Assembly: GCA_050633245.1 (NCBI GenBank)
Contig: JBOEGD010000001.1
Span: 96,001 to 160,000, forward strand
Length of the DNA: 64,000 nucleotides
Reading direction: 5' to 3'
From: Calditrichia bacterium
Lineage (GTDB): Bacteria; Calditrichota; Calditrichia; RBG-13-44-9; J075
The position numbers were made by a program, and so were the translations under genes. How positions within the stretch are numbered: the first letter of the stretch is position 1; every line of letters starts with the position of its first letter. The notes under the pieces were generated by a model, which searched no databases, was not told the DNA's origin, and was given only the letters and a program-made list of their open reading frames with translations. Of the stretch, positions 1-8,890 are shown one piece after another.

Positions 1-5
1 TTTCA

Positions 6-3000
6 TTATTTTACCAACATTGCTTTAATGACTTTTGAGTAACTTTCTGCTTCAAAGCGGATAAAATACAGTCCGCTTGCTACCGGTATTCCACGGCTGC
101 TGTTGCCGTCCCACGTTACAACATGGCTACCGGTTTCGAAGTAGCCACGTATAACCTCTGTAACTTGCTGACCGAGTAGATTATACACTGCCAACCGAAC
201 ATCGCCCGACTTTGGCAGGTCGAAGCTGATTTGAGTGCTACCATTAAATGGATTCGGATAGTTCTGATGTAGTGCAAATTGCTTTGGCAGCGCTGCGGCA
301 ATTTCACCGGTCTTTCTTGCGATATAACTCGCATTACCAACGATAAGATAATAGCGGTTTTCACCTGTGTTTTTTAACGGGATCGCAGCGGTCGGTATGT
401 CGGCGAGGTCGATCGTCTCGTTCAACGTCACGTCTATTAGACGAACTTGCCAGCCATTTGGCAGGTCTTTAGACACAAAGCTCAGCTCCGTGTGCTGTTT
501 TGAACTTGACTGAGCCTTAAACTCCCACACTGCACCCTCGCGATTTAGCGGACGAATATCACTGGACAGCGTGCGTTCTGCCTGAGTAAGGAAAAGGTTA
601 TCTATATTGCCTACCGCCAGTGGCTCTTCCTCATCCAGAAAATCGAAGGCCTCGTTTGCTTCAGCGGCCATTCCTATAATGTTATATTCATCCATCCCAA
701 TTGGGCTGTTCAGGGAGAGTTGAATGCTCCAGTCCAGAAAGCTACCGGTTTTGCCCTTCGGCGCAATTTCATTTCCCAGAGTAATCGCGTCGCCGAGCAG
801 AACGTCCTGGCTATTCTTGTTGAAGATTGCGAGAGCCTGATAAGGCTTTGCCTGCGAAATGATGGTCGTTGGTGCCAGCTGATCTGTCAGTCGCGACCAG
901 CTATTGCTTCTTGAGGTCCAGATCGAGCCGATAACCTGCGGAGCATCAATGATAATGTCACTGGCAAAGTTGAACGGCCAGGGAATCAGGTTCCAGCCGG
1001 GCTGTAGAATAGTCGAATTAAAAACGTCTACATCATTGCTTTGTCCACTGCTGCTAGTGAGCTGCTTTTCAGTATCTGACTTATGATAGACGAAGTAGGC
1101 TCGACCAGCGCGAATGCTATTGACAGACTGCAGAGCATTATTTGCGTAGGTATAAGCAGCCCAGTTGGTTGGCTCTCCATTGTCATTAAACTGCTGATTA
1201 CCAAAGAGGCCGGTGAGGGAAATCGTCTCTGTGCTATTAAAAGGCAGGGCTACGCTATTCCAGCCATTTGCCGGCAGACCATCAGGATAGCCACCGTCGC
1301 TGATAATGGTGCTGAAATTGGTGATACGGATATTGACATCATAAACCCCGCCTTCAATCGGTGCAGTGACAACCCCGGCGCTATTTTCTGCCTGAATGCG
1401 AAACCATAGCCCTTTGGCGGTGCTCGCAGAACCCGGAAGCGTAGCCGTATAGGTATCATCACCAGAAGAAATCATACTGATGTTGCTTGCTGTCAGCAGG
1501 TCGTTATCAACTCCGTAATGGAGCGTAACGCTTGGCGAGGTTCCGTTTACCTGAACCTGAACCGTGATAGGGTTTCCTTCTTGCGGTGTTAACGGATTCG
1601 TTATAATGGATGAGGTAATAATTGATGGTGCTGTAACAATCCCTGAGCCCTCTGTCGTTGCATTAATTTCCTGAGAAGCGATCGATTCTCCCCATTGATT
1701 AAAGGCGGTTACAAAATAGTAATAGGTCGTTTCTTCAGATAACTGTTCATCGCGAAACCCGGTAGAGGGGTGTGAGATTGAATCAATTTGCGTAAAACCG
1801 GCCCCGCTGTTTAACGAGCGATATATACGATAGCGGGTTGGATTTCCATTGCTTGCCGCCCAGCTTAGGTCAATCTCGGATGTTGATAGTGGATTGGCAT
1901 CAGGATTTAAGGGCTGAGTCGGCGGGCCGAAAGTGGTACCAGAGGCTGTATTGGATTGAGGTGATTCTCCGGATAGGTTCACAGCCGCTATCTGATAAAA
2001 ATAGGTTGTGGATGGTGTCAAACCGCTATTGACATATCCCGCTACCGGATGAACCGTTGAATCAATTAATACGAATCCTGACTGAGGCAGGAGTGAACGA
2101 TAAATACGATACCGCAGTGGATTGCCGCTGCTTGTTGCCCAACTTAACAATACCTGTGTGTTCGAAACTGTTCCCGCAATAAGATCCGTTGGAGCCGTCG
2201 GTGTACCACTTCCCGGTGTTGTCGCATTTACCTCGATAGACGGTAAGGATGTGCCCCATTGGTTAAGGGCAGATATTTGATAATAATACGTCGTGAATTC
2301 GGTGAGAGCGGTATCGCTATAGGCTGTTTGCGGATGATCCAATGAATCGATCGCCGTAAATGGGCCACCGCTGGATAACGCGCGAAAAATACGGTAGCGA
2401 GTGGGTTGGCCACTGCTTACTTCCCAGCCCAGGTCGATTTGGCTGGATGAAAGGGCCGTTGCTGTTAATCCCGCAGGAACGGTTGGCGCACCGAATGTGG
2501 TTGCGGTTGCCTCTGCAGAAGCCGGTGATTCACCTCCCGCATTTACCGCGCTAACGCGATAGTAGTAGGGGGTAGATGGATTAAGTTCGGCGCTTACATA
2601 GATTGTTTGCGGGTGATTAATCGAGTCGATTTTAACGAATCCTGTTCCGGATGTGAGCGACCGATATATGCGATAGCGAACCGGGTCGCCGCTGATACTC
2701 GCTACCCATTCAATTCTCAGCTCGGACGTCGAAATTGGTGTTGCCGATAGCTCTTGAGGCGCCGCCGGTGCTCCGATATTACCAGTTGTTGCATTCACTT
2801 CATCAGACGGAGGTGATTCCCCCCAGATATTCTGTGCGGTTATTTGATAATAATAAGTTGTAGAGGCATCGAGATTGATGTCACTAAAGCTACTGTCCGG
2901 TGCACTAACCGAATCGATGAGCGCGAATCCGGCGCCCGGTGTCAGGGATCGGAAAAGGCGATATCGTTCTGCACCGCGAACTGCTTTCCAATTCAGGTCG

Positions 3001-6000
3001 ATCTGTGAAGCTGAAATTCCTTGCGCAAGCAGGCCCAGTGGGCGCGTCGGGATGAGTCCGGGTGTATCGACGCTGTCCTCATTCGAGAAGCCAGACTCTC
3101 CCCAAATGTTTCCTGCTGAAACCACATAGTAATAACGTGTCTCTGGTTCAAGCGTATTGTCATTATAGGCTATGGCAGGATGGTCCACAGAGTCTAGCAG
3201 GGTATAGCTTTCTGCTGATACCAGTGACCGATAGAGGTAGTATTTCTGTGGCGTGCCGACGGAGGCCGTCCACGTTAACGCCGCTTGTGTTGGTGATAAA
3301 ACGCTTGTTTGAAGGGCGGTCGGTGCATTAGGTGCTACCCCATTCGTTGTTTCATTAACCTGATTGCTGATCGCAGAGCCACCAAAATTATTCGACGCAT
3401 CAATCTGATAAAAATATGCCGTGGCTGGAAGAAGGCCTCTATCGGTATAAGAAGCAAGTGGGTGGAGAACAGAGTCGACCTTCACGAAGGAGCCGCCAGA
3501 AGATGGCGCGCGATAGATTCGATAATATTGTGGGTTTCCGTCTCCGCTGGTGCTCCAGGCCAGGCCAATACTATCGCTACCTACGCTCGTGATTTGTAGA
3601 TTGGATGCCGGAAGCGGTGGTCCGAAAGTTGTTGCTCCTGATGTGTTCGACGGTGCCGATTCCCCAATTGAATTCACTGCGCGAACCTGATAGTAGTACG
3701 TTGTAGAGGCATTGAGGCCGATATTGCTGAAAGCAGTCGTTGGATGATCTACCGAGTCGATGACGACAAACGCTTCTAATTCAGTAAGCGAGCGATAGAT
3801 ACGATAGCGGATAGGCGTTCCGCTGCTGGCTGTCCAGTTGAGATCAATTTGCGTCTCTGATATTGGTGTGCCTGCCAATGCCTGGGGTGGTGTTGGTGCA
3901 CCAGCCGGGGGTGGTGTGGCTGAAACGCTGTCTGAAGCCAGCGATTCCCCCCAAATGTTACGGGCGCTAACGCGATAATAGTATGTGGTTAATGGCACCA
4001 CGTTCGTATCACTGTAACTCTGTGTCGGGGCCAGAGTCGAGTCCAATAATGTATAGACACCGCCGGGGACAAGGGAACGAAATACACGATAATCAGTGGG
4101 ATTGTTAAGGGCAGCCCCCCAACTGATTGTAATGGAGTCTGTCAGCACCTGTGCTACCGTCAATCCGTTCGGAACTGAGGGTGCCAAACCAAAGGTTGTC
4201 GCATTGACTTCCGGGGAGAGCGCTGATCGCCCCCAAATGTTGACGGCTTGAATGGTATAGTAATATGTTGTTAACGCGGTAAGATTGCTGTCAATATAGC
4301 TGAATGTGTTCTGGGTGATCGAATCCAGAGGAGCAAAACCACTACCCGGCGTAAGCGAGCGATAAATAACGTAGCGCTGCGGCAGGTTCGTTGCTGCTGT
4401 CCATGATAATGCAATACGGCTGTCCGATTGTGTTGTTGCATTCAGACCAGGTGGAATACCGGGTGGAAGACCATTTGTTGTCGCGAGGGCTTCTCCGGAT
4501 TGCCCGGATTCCCCCCAGACATTTGCTGCGCTCATTTTATAGAAATATTGCGTTAAAGTCGGTAAGCCAATATCGCTATAGTTGGTAATAGCTGCGTCGA
4601 CTGAATCGTGAAGAACAAACCCGCTCCCGGAAGTAGTTGAGCGATAAACATAATATTTTTCAGGCAAATTAAGGCTGGCATTCCAGCTAAGATCTATTTG
4701 ACTGGAGGATGTTGCTGTTGCAAGAAGCCCTGTCGGAACCGATGGCGCTACGCCATTTGTCGTTGCCGTTGCCTCATTTGAAAAGCCAGACTCGCCGCCA
4801 TTATTAACTGCTGAAATTCGATAGTAGTAGGTTGTTAAAATACCCAAACTATTGTCCTGATATGTTGTTAGTGGATGAGCGGCAGAGTCTACCAGTACAT
4901 AACCACTTCCAGAGCTAAGCGAACGATAGATAAAATAGGTGCGTGGGGCATCATTGTTTGCCTGCCAGTCTAATCGAATAGAGCTGATGGACAGTGCAGT
5001 TGCGCCTAAATTCTGTGGAGGCGCTGGAGGGAGTATGGTAACGCCTTCCTCTATTGTTATGCGCTGATTGCTATTAATACCGGCAAGCTGCGAGCTGAGT
5101 CCGCTTGGCCAATCGACGAAGATGGAATCTACGGTTAACGAACTTCCCAGTCCAAAATGAGCCGTAATATCGTTCTGGCTTTTGGCACTGGTCTGCCCGC
5201 TTATTTCGCGAATTTGCCAAAGTGGTTGTCCGCCGCCTTGCGTCGTGCGTATTCTGATTCTTGCGCCGATTGCAGTGCTGTTAGAAACGGTTCCAACGAG
5301 ATTCACCTTTATCCAGCGATTGCTGTTGCCATTATTGCGATAAAGAAAGTTTGTTTCTTCATCGTTTGCCACGAAAAGGTCGAGGTCCCCATCATTGTCA
5401 TAGTCTGCCCATGAAGACCCTTCAGATTCACCGGCATCACTAACAACGTTGATGCCGCTAACAGCGGTGAAGTTTAGATTGCCGTCATTGCGATAAAGGC
5501 CATTGTTCTGGCTATTGTTATTCGCAATAAAAATATCGAGGTCGCCATCATTATCATAGTCTGCGACCGAACAATCTTCGGTATCATTACCGAGTAGATC
5601 AATCTCAGGCGCACGCGAAAAACTTCCACTGCCATTGTTTTGATAAAGAAAGTTTATCGCATCGCCGTCAGGTCCGTCATTTGCTACAAACAGATCGAGG
5701 TCGCCGTCATTGTCGAAGTCAGCCCAGAGAGCACTTTCAGAATCTCCTCCATTATTAACCACCGGGCCACTGGTTACCGAAGAAAAGGTGCCGTCACCAT
5801 TATTCTCGTAAAGGAAGTTATTTTCATTCGATCCATTGCCGTCATTGGGAACAAAGAGATCGAGGTCGCCATCGCTATCGATATCGCCCCATATACCGCC
5901 ACTGGATCTGCCGTTGTCTGTGACCACAGGCCCCGATGTAACGGCAGTAAACGTACTATTGCCATTATTTCGGTAGAGTTGATTGCTCTCCGCTATGTTC

Positions 6001-6518
6001 GCGATAAACAGATCGAGATTGCCATCGTTGTCATAGTCCACCCAACTAACGCCGCGAGCATCAGTATTGTCGGTAACCAGTGTTCCGCTGGTAATGCGAG
6101 TGAAGGTATTGTTACCGTTGTTTCGATAAAACAGACGGTCTACATCGCGAATAGCGACAAATAAGTCGAGATCCCCATCATTATCAAAGTCTCCCCAACT
6201 GGCGCTGTTGCTCAAGCCCAAATCGCTGGCGATAGCTCCGGAAATCGTTTTGCTAAAGGTGCCGTTGCCATTATTGCGATACAGATAATTGACGGTGTCT
6301 ATATCTGTGAGAAAGAGATCGACATTGCCATCACCGTCATAGTCGCCCCAAGCGGAACCGCGCGATCCGCGCTGATCGCTGATAATATCGCCGGTATTAA
6401 CCCGGGTAAATGTTTGGGCGTCGATAAAGTTTGATGTCAGTATCAGGATGAAAAACAACTTGAGGCACCCTTCAAATTGCTTGCGGGGCGGCAAGAAGTT
6501 GTAATGGTTCATGATCAT
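6..6518 (-). CDS. Large secreted protein: 7 FG-GAP repeats + ASPIC/UnbV (CRTAC1-like) + 12 Fn3 repeats + FlgD-Ig/T9SS-type C-terminal sorting domain
   Basis: Signal peptide; seven D[YFI]DxDGxxD[LI] repeats; 'AIGARI...HFGLG...VDWPSG' UnbV motif; twelve 'PxxPxxL..W..YxIYRS..YYYxVxAxNxxGES' units; C-terminal 'ALHQNYPNPFNGST...SGLYFIRF'. Confidence 0.9.
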   Translation of the reverse strand: MIMNHYNFLPPRKQFEGCLKLFFILILTSNFIDAQTFTRVNTGDIISDQRGSRGSAWGDYDGDGNVDLFLTDIDTVNYLYRNNGNGTFSKTISGAIASDLGLSNSASWGDFDNDGDLDLFVAIRDVDRLFYRNNGNNTFTRITSGTLVTDNTDARGVSWVDYDNDGNLDLFIANIAESNQLYRNNGNSTFTAVTSGPVVTDNGRSSGGIWGDIDSDGDLDLFVPNDGNGSNENNFLYENNGDGTFSSVTSGPVVNNGGDSESALWADFDNDGDLDLFVANDGPDGDAINFLYQNNGSGSFSRAPEIDLLGNDTEDCSVADYDNDGDLDIFIANNNSQNNGLYRNDGNLNFTAVSGINVVSDAGESEGSSWADYDNDGDLDLFVANDEETNFLYRNNGNSNRWIKVNLVGTVSNSTAIGARIRIRTTQGGGQPLWQIREISGQTSAKSQNDITAHFGLGSSLTVDSIFVDWPSGLSSQLAGINSNQRITIEEGVTILPPAPPQNLGATALSISSIRLDWQANNDAPRTYFIYRSLSSGSGYVLVDSAAHPLTTYQDNSLGILTTYYYRISAVNNGGESGFSNEATATTNGVAPSVPTGLLATATSSSQIDLSWNASLNLPEKYYVYRSTTSGSGFVLHDSVDAAITNYSDIGLPTLTQYFYKMSAANVWGESGQSGEALATTNGLPPGIPPGLNATTQSDSRIALSWTAATNLPQRYVIYRSLTPGSGFAPLDSITQNTFSYIDSNLTALTTYYYTIQAVNIWGRSALSPEVNATTFGLAPSVPNGLTVAQVLTDSITISWGAALNNPTDYRVFRSLVPGGVYTLLDSTLAPTQSYSDTNVVPLTTYYYRVSARNIWGESLASDSVSATPPPAGAPTPPQALAGTPISETQIDLNWTASSGTPIRYRIYRSLTELEAFVVIDSVDHPTTAFSNIGLNASTTYYYQVRAVNSIGESAPSNTSGATTFGPPLPASNLQITSVGSDSIGLAWSTSGDGNPQYYRIYRAPSSGGSFVKVDSVLHPLASYTDRGLLPATAYFYQIDASNNFGGSAISNQVNETTNGVAPNAPTALQTSVLSPTQAALTWTASVGTPQKYYLYRSLVSAESYTLLDSVDHPAIAYNDNTLEPETRYYYVVSAGNIWGESGFSNEDSVDTPGLIPTRPLGLLAQGISASQIDLNWKAVRGAERYRLFRSLTPGAGFALIDSVSAPDSSFSDINLDASTTYYYQITAQNIWGESPPSDEVNATTGNIGAPAAPQELSATPISTSELRIEWVASISGDPVRYRIYRSLTSGTGFVKIDSINHPQTIYVSAELNPSTPYYYRVSAVNAGGESPASAEATATTFGAPTVPAGLTATALSSSQIDLGWEVSSGQPTRYRIFRALSSGGPFTAIDSLDHPQTAYSDTALTEFTTYYYQISALNQWGTSLPSIEVNATTPGSGTPTAPTDLIAGTVSNTQVLLSWATSSGNPLRYRIYRSLLPQSGFVLIDSTVHPVAGYVNSGLTPSTTYFYQIAAVNLSGESPQSNTASGTTFGPPTQPLNPDANPLSTSEIDLSWAASNGNPTRYRIYRSLNSGAGFTQIDSISHPSTGFRDEQLSEETTYYYFVTAFNQWGESIASQEINATTEGSGIVTAPSIITSSIITNPLTPQEGNPITVQVQVNGTSPSVTLHYGVDNDLLTASNISMISSGDDTYTATLPGSASTAKGLWFRIQAENSAGVVTAPIEGGVYDVNIRITNFSTIISDGGYPDGLPANGWNSVALPFNSTETISLTGLFGNQQFNDNGEPTNWAAYTYANNALQSVNSIRAGRAYFVYHKSDTEKQLTSSSGQSNDVDVFNSTILQPGWNLIPWPFNFASDIIIDAPQVIGSIWTSRSNSWSRLTDQLAPTTIISQAKPYQALAIFNKNSQDVLLGDAITLGNEIAPKGKTGSFLDWSIQLSLNSPIGMDEYNIIGMAAEANEAFDFLDEEEPLAVGNIDNLFLTQAERTLSSDIRPLNREGAVWEFKAQSSSKQHTELSFVSKDLPNGWQVRLIDVTLNETIDLADIPTAAIPLKNTGENRYYLIVGNASYIARKTGEIAAALPKQFALHQNYPNPFNGSTQISFDLPKSGDVRLAVYNLLGQQVTEVIRGYFETGSHVVTWDGNSSRGIPVASGLYFIRFEAESYSKVIKAMLVK

Positions 6519-6557
6519 GTCCGGTCTTTTATATCATTTTCTGAATTTTTGTTGTCT

Positions 6558-7907
6558 TTATAGTTCTTCGTCAAACTGAATAACTTCGCCTGAGCGGATG
6601 TAAGGATAGAAAATTAACTTTATCATTTTTATCGAACTCGATTCACTTTCCAACGACAGCTTCCATTCTAAAAAGTGATAAGAGTTGCCAGCTTGTTTTC
6701 CAAACACGTAAATAATGCCGCGAATTTCGCTGTTTTCTTTCGTAACATCAATTCGAGTTGGATACAGATAAATGCTGCCTTCCTGACGGAGGGCATGGAA
6801 AAAATCAGGGACGCTGGCCAATTTCTCCAGAGGCAAATTGCGAACGTCATAGCCACGGTATTGAAGCGTACCGCGTGCTGTAAATGAACTGGACGGATTT
6901 ACTATCTGAGAATAGAGTTCCTTTAGGGCAGCGTTGAGTGTCGGCAATGCTTTTTCCACGTCCAGATTTGAGCCGATATAAGGCAGAGCCAGACTGCTAT
7001 TGAACTTTAGTGACGCGTTATCAGCCAGCGTCAACCTGAGTTGAGGTGTTATCTGATTATCATTCAGTAAGTAGCGAATGCTCTTGATTTCCTGCACCTT
7101 TTGAGTTGGGTAAGGAACTGTTAGCGTCGTGCCGCTTAGTTTAGCATCCGGATAGTAACGCTGCCAATCCTGCAGTGTTGTGGCAGGGGCGATAGTTCTG
7201 CTACTCATCGTAGCCAGCAGAGACTCGTACAGCTTTTCTTGCTTTTCTGCAGTATTCTGAGGAGCAGGTAGATGCTCTGGAAGCTCTACAGTAACGCCGC
7301 GCAAATTTTGGGCGTCCATCTGAATTCGAATCTTCTTCTCGCTGGACTGAATACCAAATTCTCGCATTTCAAAAACACCGGGAAAATCTTTTACTAAACG
7401 TGCTGCGATACTACTCTTTGAACCGAGTTGTCGATACGATACGCTAACCTGACGAAAAAAGAATAGATCCATTAGCGCAGCAGAATCGCCGGCATCAATG
7501 CGATAAAGAAACTGACCAACCCAACGAGCTGCGTCTGGAATATCTGTCAGTTTGCTGATTTCCGGAAGGAAGCGCTCGACGTGTTGAATCTTCTTTTGAG
7601 AGTTCGTCTCGAAAATAAGTAAATAGCTGATCTTGGTTCCGGGAAGAGACAGTTCGAGTAGCTTCTTGCTGCCTTTGCTTTCAGCGTGTTCTATAACCGG
7701 AGACGGGTATTTCATCTGAAACCGCTGAAAGATTGCCTTCTCGTAGGAGTCAATAAACCAGTCATCCGGCTGATTCCACACCTGTTTAGCCCAACGTTTT
7801 AAGTTCTGGGATGTTTCCGAGGTTTTGGTCGTTTCGGACGCTTGAAATGCAAACAGCGAACACATTGCTATTAGCAGAATGGTTTTTATTGGGGTCTTTA
7901 AAATCAT
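6558..7907 (-). CDS. Hypothetical exported protein
   Basis: 449-aa ORF with N-terminal hydrophobic signal; starts 3 bp after the upstream gene's stop; no recognisable motif. Confidence 0.75.
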   Translation of the reverse strand: MILKTPIKTILLIAMCSLFAFQASETTKTSETSQNLKRWAKQVWNQPDDWFIDSYEKAIFQRFQMKYPSPVIEHAESKGSKKLLELSLPGTKISYLLIFETNSQKKIQHVERFLPEISKLTDIPDAARWVGQFLYRIDAGDSAALMDLFFFRQVSVSYRQLGSKSSIAARLVKDFPGVFEMREFGIQSSEKKIRIQMDAQNLRGVTVELPEHLPAPQNTAEKQEKLYESLLATMSSRTIAPATTLQDWQRYYPDAKLSGTTLTVPYPTQKVQEIKSIRYLLNDNQITPQLRLTLADNASLKFNSSLALPYIGSNLDVEKALPTLNAALKELYSQIVNPSSSFTARGTLQYRGYDVRNLPLEKLASVPDFFHALRQEGSIYLYPTRIDVTKENSEIRGIIYVFGKQAGNSYHFLEWKLSLESESSSIKMIKLIFYPYIRSGEVIQFDEEL

Positions 7908-7910
7908 GTA

Positions 7911-8888
7911 TTACTCAATTATATCGAAGTCAAAAATACTTACTGTGGATCCATCCTCAAACTGTTCCGGTTGCCAGGCTCTTACGTGCACAATCGGTTC
8001 TTCCGGCTGCACGAAATCCATCATTAGAAATAGATAGCCTTCATCGCTATAGTTACTGGAATTCCAGCGTTGCTTTAACTGCACGCCATAAATTTGATTA
8101 AAGCGCGGGTGACGATTGATTATGATATCGTCAAAGTTGATTTGCACAAACTCATTTGCCCGGAAGGCTTGCGATAAACGGCGCAGATAGTCGTGCTTCT
8201 TCAGCAGGAGAAAGCGAATTTGCTCGTCGCTTAGAAAGCTCTTTTGCAGAAAATCAGAATCCTGTTCCTGCACCTTTACCACGTTGCCTACGATGATCAG
8301 TGCGTCGTCAGACAATGTGCGCTCGATAAACACCGAATCTTTTCGATTGTAGGCAGTGCGATAGAGTTCTATAAAGTGCAGGATCTTTTCGCGATAGGCC
8401 AAGTCGTTTAGTTTACGTCCCTGCTCGATGATCTCCAGATAACGCTGCTTCTTCACCGTAAACTTGGTTGCTGTTATTTGTCCACTGGCGTTAAAGGTAA
8501 ACACGAGGTATTGATAAGGAACGGAGTTCTTACTCGACTTGGTGAGACGTACCTTAAGATCTCGTATCTCGAAACTGCCGTCCGATTTAGCAAGTAGAAA
8601 ACTGGTGTATTCAGATTCATTGGCATAAACTCCCGCTTCGTGGATCAGACTTGTGAAATCGTTGAACGCACCATTACTGAAGTGGTTGGTTACTCTACTG
8701 AGTGAGCTGCCGGTTTCATGATATTGATTCGCCGCATTTAAAACGTCATTCAGTGCAACTTCTACTTTTGCACGTAAGTCGGCTTCGCCGCCGTATTGAA
8801 CAACAACGGTTGTTCGCATACCAAAAGCAGCGAGTGGTAGTAAAAGGGCCAGGGCAAAAAGATTGGTAAATCCCCGCATTTTCTTCAT
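7911..8888 (-). CDS. Exported protein with probable NTF2/SnoaL-like C-terminal domain
   Basis: Signal peptide after M at 8888 or 8879; 'YRTAYNRKD...LSDDALII...YGVQLKQRWNSSNYSDEGYLFL...IHVRAWQP' resembles conserved Bacteroidota NTF2-like proteins (from recall). Confidence 0.7.
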   Translation of the reverse strand: MKKMRGFTNLFALALLLPLAAFGMRTTVVVQYGGEADLRAKVEVALNDVLNAANQYHETGSSLSRVTNHFSNGAFNDFTSLIHEAGVYANESEYTSFLLAKSDGSFEIRDLKVRLTKSSKNSVPYQYLVFTFNASGQITATKFTVKKQRYLEIIEQGRKLNDLAYREKILHFIELYRTAYNRKDSVFIERTLSDDALIIVGNVVKVQEQDSDFLQKSFLSDEQIRFLLLKKHDYLRRLSQAFRANEFVQINFDDIIINRHPRFNQIYGVQLKQRWNSSNYSDEGYLFLMMDFVQPEEPIVHVRAWQPEQFEDGSTVSIFDFDIIE

Positions 8889-8890
8889 CC

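Noticed and set aside
1640-5030. CRISPR-like or DNA tandem array
   Set aside because: The periodicity is explained by diverged Fn3 protein repeats; no identical DNA repeats with spacers
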